A DNA stretch of 50,624 nucleotides from Trichoplax sp. H2 (lineage: Eukaryota), in contig NOWV01000030.1 in the NCBI GenBank assembly GCA_003344405.1, positions 558,001 to 608,624 on the forward strand. Direction: 5' to 3'. Both the position numbers and the translations under genes were made by a program. Positions 13,801 to 25,200 of the stretch are shown one piece after another; the first letter of the stretch is position 1; the number at the start of each line of letters is the position of its first letter. Below the pieces are notes generated by a model that had not been told where the DNA came from, ran no database searches, and worked only from the letters and a program-made list of their open reading frames with translations.

Positions 13801-16248
13801 CCATGCCGGATCACAAATGCATTCAACTAGATCTATATTTTCAATGCGAACCATTTCAGCATTATAATCACAGATTCCATTATTTAAACAGTAACACATG
13901 ATGACTTGCGGCATTAGTTCACTTGTTGCTCCTTTAGAATCTGTTGCAACAAATTTTAAAGTAATATTTTGGATAGTCGAAACATTCCAGGTAAGAATTA
14001 ATGATTCTTTATCAAATATAGCATTTCGAGGTGAGTCGATCAATTGAATCGTTACCATATCACCCGGATTTGGGTCTGACACATTCAACTTTGTTATAAA
14101 TGTTTCTCCATATGTGACATTGTATATTTCCAGTCCTGATATTTGAGGTGGAAAGTTTTCTAACTGAATATTTGTTTCTTCATTGCTTATGGAATTATTT
14201 TTGCTTATGATAGCAGCATTGAGATTTTGAGTTAGTGCTGCATCATAAAGACAAGTATAGTCGTTTCCGCACTGATCTACAGATTGATTGTAGAAAAAAG
14301 TATTATTGCCAAACAATGCAACGATATTGTCACCAAATATTGGAGTAAATTCTGGATCCGTATAATTATAATAGGATTGATCGCTAGGATAAGTGAAAAG
14401 TGAATCACTGATATTAATGGCCCACAACTGACCGAAATCATAATAGATTTGTGATTCTGTGGAATTAATATCGAGGTATGTTCCATCTGGCTTTTTGAAG
14501 TCATCGTCAATGTTATCATTCCACGTTCCTAGTAATCCAGCAGTATCACCTTTAATTTCCTCTGGACCGTTCATGGTAATAGTTAACATCTCTGTTAGCA
14601 TTGTTACTTCAACAGAAATTCCTGATGAAAATACTGCAGCGAGTGACTGATTAGATATTTTAACTATATCAACATTAGTATACTCACGGGATTCATTTAA
14701 AAGTAAAGAATCCATAGAGAATGCAACGGTGCTATTAACCAATACATCGATACCATTAAATGCTGAATTAAGTGAAAACTGAATAATATCTGCGTTATTT
14801 TCTGTTGTAGCTACGCCTGAAAATACGGTAGCCGCTGCCGATAATGAACCGTTCGTTATTGTACGCATAGTACGCCCTTGTAATATAAATGAACGATTTC
14901 CTGTTTGCAGTAAGACATATTCACCTAATCCATTGAAGGTATATTGTTTGCCATCTAAGGTTTTAATATGTGGATCGCCCCAGGTCCAAGCTCTTCTAGG
15001 GGGTCTATATCCTCTGCATGTATTAATGGGTCTTTTACTTATATATAAATTGCATAAGCTAGATTTAATACAGCAATCTCTTAATGCTCGGTAATCATAG
15101 AACTGATAGTAGTAATTTTTAAAGATAAATGAACTACCAGAAGGATACGTTGTAATAAGCGAACCAAAAGATGATCCAAGTGATGAGTAGCAGCATCTTT
15201 GATAGACACGTCTACCATTTTTAGCTCTACGTGAAAATCTTGATCTTGCACAGAAAGTAAAAATATTAAATCGAAATCGCCGATCCCAAATTGCTTGAAA
15301 AAACGTGCAAGGACAGGGTCTTCTTCTTAGTGCACGAAGATACATAGACGGAGAAATTTCGTTTGCATTCCATAGTTGACACCGATATACATGATTAACA
15401 CGATAGATAGAAGGACTATCAATTCTATACATCCACCTTCCTTTTTTACCATAATTACCAAATGTGCTATCAATATAGAGAAGGTTTTTTGTATGTGAAT
15501 CGGGTAATTCATATGTATAAGTTGATACTCCGTTACTATAACCAGCGCGAGGTCTAATAAATTTATACCTTTTCCACCAGTTCATTCCTTTATCATCGTA
15601 AAGAAAGTTTACAAACAAATTATTGCCATTCGATACCAGTATCAGTTGAAAAGTACTTGTTACGCCATATTTTGCTGAGCGAAAGGACGGATATGGAACG
15701 ATTTTATCCCATGTAATAACTATTACCAGGGAGGCCTCAAAGTTTGTTATAATTTGTTTGAATAGACCATATTGGTTTAGGTTAGGATTATTATTGATAA
15801 AGTTTTGGTATTGATTTACATCATTTGTAGCAGAACTTAAAGTCTGCTCAGTTGATAAGGAGGGATTTAGAACTGAATGCTGGCTAACATAAATTTTAGA
15901 ATATGAAGCATACGTACTGTCAGCATCTGCAAAAAATGGAGCTATAATAGGAATATGTTTAGATGCATACAACGGGTTAGCAGAGCTTCCATAATACGCT
16001 TGATTGAAGGAAATGAATCCATTCATTGAAATCTAAAATTGGTGGTGATTAGTGTAATTGTAGCCTTGATATCTAAATTTTGTTACTATTTTAAGTTAAT
16101 TAATTGTTGAGAAAACTTACATATAATTTGCGGTAAAATTTGTTCATGTAAAATATTGGAGATCTCAAGTTGATAACGAACGACGCATCATCTACTCTTC
16201 CAAACGACTGATCACTTGCCTGTGGCCCATATGGATATAATCTCAGTT
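10804..16248 (-). CDS. Last two exons: NIDO-AMOP-VWD-cadherin/Ig-like-cbEGF array-SEA-EGF-TM-tail (MUC4/SUSD2/Mesh-like block)
   Basis: NIDO: LYPYG..ASD...DD / [61 protein letters not shown]...[35 protein letters not shown]....DDF..PDG. Then NFPP..SDPN..ATDSKG module, DIDEC-type calcium-binding EGFs, SEA with [36 protein letters not shown] and KHKR stop-transfer. Confidence 0.92.
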
Positions 16249-19200
16249 CTTTAAAGAAAATTGCATAGGAATATTAATAGCAATTACTACAATAGCAGGT
16301 CTTAATTGTACTCATAGAAAAAATTACCGGCTATCCGTAATTTACTAGATACAGTTATGAAAGCCTTGGCTGCTACGTTCTGAATTATTGTTTAAAATGA
16401 GTAATGTATCTTACATGTGCATATTACCCATATTACCTTTGCAGATTGAGCCATTGCCAACAAAACCTGGGTTGCATATGCAAGTATAGGAGCCAAGTGA
16501 ATTATAACACGTTGCATCTGGACTGCATTGGTTCGATCCTATACTGCATTCATTTACATCTAAAATTTTAAATAAAAACTTAATTAATTATGCAGTCGTA
16601 ATACTTTCTCAACTTTTACTTGTAGAAAATTCCAGTGAATTTACGTACAAAGTGTAATTGGTTATGAAAATATAAAATACAGTCACGGAAGACGAACATA
16701 CGTAAAGTAGGTAAATTTGTATCGTTACCTGAGCAGATGCGTCCATTTCCAGTAAATCCTGACTTGCATAGACATTGATAAGACCCGTTCAAGTTATTGC
16801 AAATTGCGTTAGTATGACATCCATGAGTATAAGAGATGCATTCATTCACATCTATTAGATCATATTCCAAGAAATTTATTATGAAATTAATAATAAAATA
16901 GATTCTAACCCATTCATTTAAAATCAGTAATTATATTCTTTCTAAAATATTGCTGACCAAATTTAAGGCTAGAACTTTGAAAGGGATTGTATTAAAAATA
17001 CCTTTACAATTGAATCCGTTTCCTGTGAATCCGGGCTTACATTGACATGCATAAGACCCGTAGGAGTTGCTACATATTGCATTACTATTACAACGATGTA
17101 TCCCAATGTTACATTCATTAACATCTAGAAATTCATGGAACAATGATATAATTTTGTTAGACAGTAGGGATAAACATCGATAGCATAGTTCATAATAATT
17201 AATGTACGATTTTACTGTCCTGAAATCGGTGCTGCAGTTATTTTAATGTCCAGTTAAACGGTACTAAACAATTAATTTGTACATTATTTGGTATAATGTA
17301 CTTCTAAAATAATTGAAGTTTTTATATTTTATCATTAGTTAGCAATTCGTCGATTTACGAAAACAAGTTTTATGATTTGCAAAAAATCTGAAAAAATTGT
17401 GTAAACGAAGAAAGCATATCAAGTAAATCGTCTGTACTATGAATTAATCGGAAAGAAATTCAATTTAAGATATAGGTAGTGGTTAGATTATTACTCTCCA
17501 TATGAAGATCCTTCGTCATTCTATCCATATTAAACAATAACTTGAAGAGTGAAAAATGCGCTCAAAAATGCGATATATTCAATTTAAATCGGAAATTTAC
17601 GTACCGAATTGGCAGTGAGTCCCACCAAATCCGCTATTGTTGCAAAAACAAGAGTAAGAATTTATTCCGTCTAGGCAAATTCCACCATTTTGGCATGGAT
17701 TGGATATGCATTCATCGATATTAAATTGACAGAGAGCACCACTATATCCAGATGAGCATATGCAACTGTAAGAAGCGATATGATCTATACAACTTCCTCC
17801 ATTAATACAAGGTGATGACAAGCAATCATCAATATCTATGAATTAGTATCATGTAGAAAATAAGAAGTCTAGATTAGTCTTACTTTCGGATTTAGTAAGA
17901 ATGGACTATTCTTACTGCTACGTATCTTTCACTAGTATAACATGACCTAAATGTGCTACTATGTTCTATTTAATTTTTAATCTTAGCAGATTCTGATACA
18001 CTATTTTGCAAAAAGTTTTTAAGGATACCACTAGATATCATTATATATGAACTTAAACAAATACAACTTTTACTCTTCCAGAATTATATCAAACAATTAG
18101 TGTACAAAATCTATAGATCTTACTCGTTTCGCAATGGATTCCAGTGAAACCAGTCGATGAACAATTGCAGGTATAAATATCAACACCACGGATACATTGA
18201 CCACTATTTACACAAGGCGATGATGAACATCTATCAACTATGATATCACAGCGATTGTTAGTATAGCCAGGTAAACAGTTGCAATTGTAATGATCGATTA
18301 AATCGATGCATGTTCCTGAATTTTGGCATGGGTAGGAAGCACATTCATCAATATTTACTTCACAATGTGTTCCAGTATAACCAGGTTGGCATGTACAATT
18401 ATACATATCGACCATATCGTTACACATGCCGCCGTTTATACATGGAAAGCTACTACATTCATTGATACATGTTTCACATTGGTGTCCTGTATAGCCAGAT
18501 AAGCAAGAACAATTATATTTATTTATATAGTCATTGCATCGGCCACCATTTAAACACGGCTTAGATTGACATTCATTGTAATCAATTTTGCAATCTGTTC
18601 CTCGATATCCAGATAAACAAGTACAGTTATAACCATTGATAAGATTGTGGCAAGTAGCTAAGTTTTGGCAAGGATTACTATTGCATTCATTAATTTCTGC
18701 CTCGCATTGGTATCCAGTAAAGCCAGGTACACAAGAACAATTATATCGGTTAATAAGATCATGACATGTGCCATTATTAAAACATGGACGGCTTTCACAT
18801 TCATCGATATTAGTTTGGCAAACATCTTCTGAATAACCAGGTAGACAAATGCAAATGTATCTATCTATGAGATCTCTGCATGTTCCGCCATTTTGACATG
18901 GATTACTAATGCATTCGTTAATATTGGATTGACAGTGAGCTCCAGTAAATCCAGTAGTACAATTGCAATCGTATCTATTAATGCGATTGATACATTCGCC
19001 ATTATTTTGGCAAGGCAATGATAGACATTCATTTATATCTTGTTCACAATGTGTACTAGTATAGCCAGCTCTGCATTGGCAAGCATAAGTATCAATTATA
19101 TCGACGCATGTAGCGTTATTCTGGCATGGAGAAGAACTGCATTCGTTGATATCTGTTGAAAGTAGATAGAAATAAGTAATAAATCTTGTAAAATAAATAA

Positions 19201-22200
19201 AATCACATGAAGCTAGACATTTAACAATTTTTCAACAATTCTCAGGTTGAAGCATTTCTATATAAATGTGAATATTAACTGACTTATTTCACATTCATCG
19301 CCTGCAAATCCAGCCGAACAATTGCAATTATATCTGTTGACAAGATTGATACATTTGCCATGATTTTGACAAGGTAATGATAGACATTCATTTATGTCTT
19401 GTTCACAATTTAAACCACTATATCCAGAGCTGCATTGGCAAGTGTAACCATTAATTATATCGGCGCATGTAGCGTTATTCTGGCATGGAGAAGAGCTACA
19501 TTCGTTGATATCTGTTGCACGTAGACAGAAATTAGTAATAAATCTTGTAAAAAATTAAAATTGATATACTTAGATATTTAACTATTGTTCGATGAGTGTA
19601 TTATTATGAATATTAAAAAGTTACTGACTTATTTCACATTGATCGCCCACGAATCCCGAAGCACAGGTACAATTATAATAGTTTGGGGCAGAATTAAAAC
19701 ATGTTGCTCCATTCTGACATGGGACAAATCTGCATCGATTAATGTCTATATTCATACCGATAAGTTACCGGATTAATAGGATGATATTCTGAATTAAAAT
19801 TTACATATCAAAGATCTGTAAATCTGGATAACTTTATATATCAAAAGTCTTACCATCTTCGCAGAGATTTCCATAGTAATTGGATGTACAATTACATGAG
19901 AATGAATTGATTTTATTAATACATATGCCATTATTTAGACAGGGTTCAACATGGCATTCGTTGATATCTGTTACAATTACAAATTTTATACGTTTAGAAT
20001 TGTTAGGAATAGATATCAGGTGATAAAATAGTATTATCAATTAGCAGAAACAGAGATTGTTTATAATACAAGATTTTGCGCCGACTATCTAAAATAGTAA
20101 GTAATCTAATTATAGCTTACTGTTCTCGCAGTTAGTGCCACAATAACCAGAATTACAGTTACATTGATATTGATTTGATCCAAAATTAATACAAGTGCCT
20201 CCATTCTGACACGGTGTTATCCTGCATCGATCATGATCTAATCATAATATGATCTTTGTTTAGTAAACAGTTTTCAATTAATTACAAAGATGGTACTTGG
20301 ATTGAATTATTGAACAGCTTATTCATCTCAGTTTGTTAGGAAAATTAAAGCCATTGGATTACTGAAGTTTACAGTATGAAATGTTGAAAAGACTACATTT
20401 ATTAATTTTATACATGTTAGATGGTGCAATAAAGTAGCTTTTATTTTTCATCTTACCGCTTTCACAGTTTGTTCCATTATAACCTAGCGCACAAATACAA
20501 GCATATCCATTTATAGAATCACTGCAACTTGCATTGTTACTGCACGGATTGGAAATACATTCGTCAATATCTAAGACAACCAATATTTCATCATAAGTAC
20601 AAGCTAGTTATTTCTGCATATTAAATTAGCAATCTTTCTTGTCCTTTATAATTAATTTATGGATATGAGACAGTTACTTGTTTCACAATGTGTTCCGGTA
20701 AATCCAACTGCACAACTACAATTATAGCTATCAGGTAAGATATTTGTGCATATAGCATCATTTAAACAGGGTCGCAATCGGCAGCGGTTATTATCTGCAG
20801 TGGATGAAAACATTTTAATTATAAATTTAATTCATTGAAATAGTGTATATTAAAAAATATTATAGTAGTCCAGTTTATAATTACAGCTATCATTCATTAA
20901 GTGATAAACAAGTTAACAACACCTTATTTATTAATTGTAAGTGCAAATGATATTAATTTTTATTCAAACCATTTTGGCAGTTGGGACCACTAAAGTTAGC
21001 TCTACAAACGCAATCATTGCCGGATACGCAATATCCATTCGCTGGATAGTAATATAGTAATTGCAGAAGACAAAAGGTACAGGTTAGCTAAATTTCTAAA
21101 CTTAAATTATCTTCCATAACTAAGATTAACAAGTTAATAAAAAATAGCAATTCTTGACACCTGTGCATCCCTCTTTAATTGTGCATTGGTTGCATAAATT
21201 TCCAGTCCAACCACTGCTGCATCTATTAATTTGCGACACGTTGAGTCAAGCTTGTATACTAGTATAAGTCGCATGATGAGGATAGTAAAGTAATACTTCT
21301 TAATACTGTAAGAGAGGCGAAAGAATTATTGACTTACAAGCACCCTCCAGGGGTATTTTTGCAACTTGCATGAGACAGGTCACAACCATCCTTGCATATA
21401 GCTTAATTTGATATAAGTAGAATATAATTATTAGATCGCTATTAAACAGATATCATAATGATAATTCAATAGACATTTTTAAATTACTTATGGCTTTAAT
21501 ATCTACTTTGATTTTAAAAATTAAGCTTACCGGTATCACATATCGTTCCTACCCAACCTATTGCGCAAGAACAGTTATAACCATTAACGAGGTCTTCACA
21601 GGTGGCAGAATTTAAGCAAGGATTGGAAGAACATTCATTGGTATCTACCGTTCATATTTTAATAAATATTTGTACGTTATGTTAAAGTATAAAGTTAGTT
21701 CATTTTGAAAATTGTAAGGTTATCGAAGCTGGTTTATTTTATTGAAGTATTATGTAAAATGTAATGAAGTAATTTTAACTTTGATCGCAACACATATTTT
21801 AGATCTGTATTCGTCGATACGGTGTTCTATTACTCATGCGTGAAGGTTAGCATCTTATCAAAACTACTACAGCATTGGTAGTAGCATAAAAAAGAATTCG
21901 TTTCTCCTATTAATGAATTAGTATCAAAATTGATGACTTAAGATAATAAAATTTCAGTAGCATTAAATCTATTGATTGTAATGATGACAAATTCTACATA
22001 CGTTTTCGATAGTAAAATATTGTGTTACTGTCATGGCTGTATTAGTCATTGCTGTATCAGAGACTGTTGAAAGAATGTCGCATGATACCGATACAGCATA
22101 AATATGATATTTCTACTACGAAAATAGGTATTTAGCCGCAATACAGTTATGGACTCCTGAAATCTCTATGATTGTTATAATTTGCTAGAGAAATTAGCAC

Positions 22201-25200
22201 TAGTACTTCAGTCCTGGCAATGCGATACAACAATCAATTAGCTGCTTAGGTGTTTCCTTATGATACTTTTATTTCTCAACAGTTCTTTCGGTTTATAATC
22301 GAACATTGTCTTAACTACTTCGCATGAACTGTGAAACAACGACACCCAATTTGTACTACTGATCATGTCCTCATAGTAATCGCAGTATCATAGTACTGTA
22401 CTACATAACATTAATACCGTATACTAAAATCATAATAATGATAGAGTACGCTGTAAAGCCGGTAATAGAGGACTAATTTTTCGCTTTTTTCAATTTATAT
22501 TATATGCAAGACAGATGATAATGAAATTGATATGGCCATAGTGAAAAAGAGAAATTTAATTGTGTATTGCCCGGATTTAGTTTGAGTAATCATTAAAGTT
22601 GGCTGGTTTTATATAGTTCAGATAATTTTGATCTTGTACTAATAGTGAAAGTGAGTTTAAAATACTTGTTTCATTGCTATTTCAAATGTAACCTGAATAT
22701 CATGTACATTATACAGCTATATAGCAGTTCTTAACTAAATGAAACAATTTCCATTATGAAGGCAAGGAATGTCCAGCGCAGTTATCGATATTGAAGAATG
22801 TTCTTAAAATAGATTACCTTAATCATACCGCGTTTGTAATATTATCAAATAGCATTTTACACTCGTATGGTATTGTATGGGAAATAGATGTGACTATGGC
22901 ACGTAGTAGGGAATATGCTTCTACAAGACGATATTTACGAAGTTTACTTAACAAAATGCGTATAGTAATATTCTGCAGTCTTACTCGTTTCACAGTGAGT
23001 TCCACTAAAACCAGATGATGTACAATTACATGAGTAACTGTTAATACCGTCAATGCATTGCCCGCCATTTGTACAGGGAGACGATGAACATTCATTAATA
23101 TTGATATTACAGTGGGTACCAGTATAACCGACCGAACAGCTACAATTGTATCCATTGACCAAATCATTGCATGATCCTTGGATGCATGGATTACTTACGC
23201 ATTCATTGATATTACTTTCACAATTGTCATTTGTATAGCCAGCGGCACAGGTACAGTTATAACGGTTAATTAAATCGATGCAAGTTCCGTTATATTGACA
23301 TGGATTTGACGAGCATTCAATAATTTCTATTTCACAATCAAATCCAGTATAGCCAGGTAAGCATAAGCAGTCATATTGATCGATTAAATCGTTGCATGTG
23401 CCATCGTTTAAGCATGGACCACTTTCGCAATCATCGATATTAGTTTGACATTCATCTCCTTCATAACCAGGTATGCAAGTACAGTTATAGCCGTCAATTA
23501 AATCTTGACATCTTCCACCATTTTGACAAGGACTACTGCTGCATTCATTGATATTGGTTTGACAGTCAGTTCCAGTAAACCCAGAAATGCAGTTACAGAC
23601 ATATTTGTTAATTTGATTGATACATTCTCCATCGCTTTGACATGGCAACGATAAACATTCATCAATATCTTGGCTACAATATGCTCCAGTATAACCAGCA
23701 ATACACTGGCAGTAATAACCATTAATTACATCAGCACACGTAGCATTATTTAGACATGGAGAGGATAAGCATTCGTTAATGTCTTTAGAGCATAAATGAA
23801 AAGAAGCATATTGAGAAATCAAGTTATGTATTACTAAGATCGGACTTACGCAACAAAGATATAAAAATATCAGATTATCAACTAACTTATAGTGCACTGA
23901 TCGCCTGCGAATCCAGCCAGACAGGTGCATGTATAGCCATTAATGCCATCTTTACAAGTTGATAAGTGTGGGCAGGGATTTGAGAAACACTCATCAATAT
24001 CTATATACAGTAATAAGATTTGAAATTATTTACTTACATTTCTATATATCGTATTAGAGGGAAGGTGAAATATAAAGACAGAATATGGTTCAGAATATTT
24101 TTGGTACCAATTTTTCTTAATTTGACAGAATAAATAAATATTTCAAAAGTAGAGCTAAGTCTTTTATAACTTTACTTGTTCCGCATTGGGTTTCAGTATA
24201 TCCTGCTGCATATGTACAGTTATATCTATTGACTAAGTTATCACAGGTTGTATTGTTTAAGCACGGAGTCGATGTACATTCATTGATATTTAAATCATTC
24301 AACCTGGACGTAAATGTTCTGCTATTTTAGGCTAATGCCTCAAATCTCCGTGTGTTGCAAGTAGTAAAATACATAAAAAAATACACAATTACCTTGATCA
24401 CAATTTTTTCCTGTATATCCTGGCGCACAAGTACATGTGTAAACGTTGAGGCTAACATAAGAACAAGTACCTCCGTTCTGACATGGTGAAGATAATCGGC
24501 ATAAATTACCATCTGGTGTATATGAAAACAATGTTACTCATTTATTATTTTATCCAGTACACAGTAAAAATTAGAATTATATGTCTAATTATCTTGATAC
24601 AGTTCATAATATATATATAGTTAAGTATTCAGAATTGATGATAGATACCAGTTTCACAATGAGCTCCTGTCCAATCAGAAGGACAATTGCAAGTGTAACT
24701 ATTTACACCATCGACACATGTAGAGTAAGTATGTTGACATGGATTCGATACACATTCGTCGATATCTATCATGTAGTTTAATTAGATAGAGTAGATTAAG
24801 GGTAAGTAAATACCTCAAAATACTATCAGCCAGCCTCAAGAATATATTTACGTATAATAGACACTATATTGCAGTCGAGGCTACTTTGAAAGCTGAATTT
24901 AATTAAGTAAAGTTTACTTGTGCTGCAGATCGCTCCTGTATATCCGGCTGCACATGTACAATTATAGTAGAGATGATAGTCGTGGCATGTTGCTCCGTTA
25001 AGGCAAGGTATAGAGGTACATTCTGCAAAATCTACAAAAGTATTTTATAAAATTAGACGGAAATTAAGTCTATAAACTATTGCAATTTCATTAAAATGTA
25101 ACAGATTGTTCTGTGTTAAAGAACGCTTATTTGTTGATAAATTCTGTAAAATCTTGTTACAATATAATCAGATTATTTATATTCAGCTTATTATAATAAA

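Noticed and set aside
11982..14650. Short overlapping ORFs in alternative frames and on the plus strand
   Set aside because: Shadow ORFs of repetitive EGF coding sequence; the same applies to plus-strand ORFs across the window.
10804..16026. The 1740-aa ORF as a stand-alone intronless gene
   Set aside because: Its Met lies inside NIDO (ISMNGFISF), there is no signal peptide, and a good acceptor at 16033-16034 links in frame to the exon carrying the NIDO start.
21645..22984. Hidden DSL exon or gene boundary in the 1.3-kb intron
   Set aside because: No DSL cysteine pattern, TM exon or signal-peptide exon was recognised by eye; the flanking donor (gtaaga) and acceptor are canonical and phase-matched. 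Not fully excluded without RNA data.
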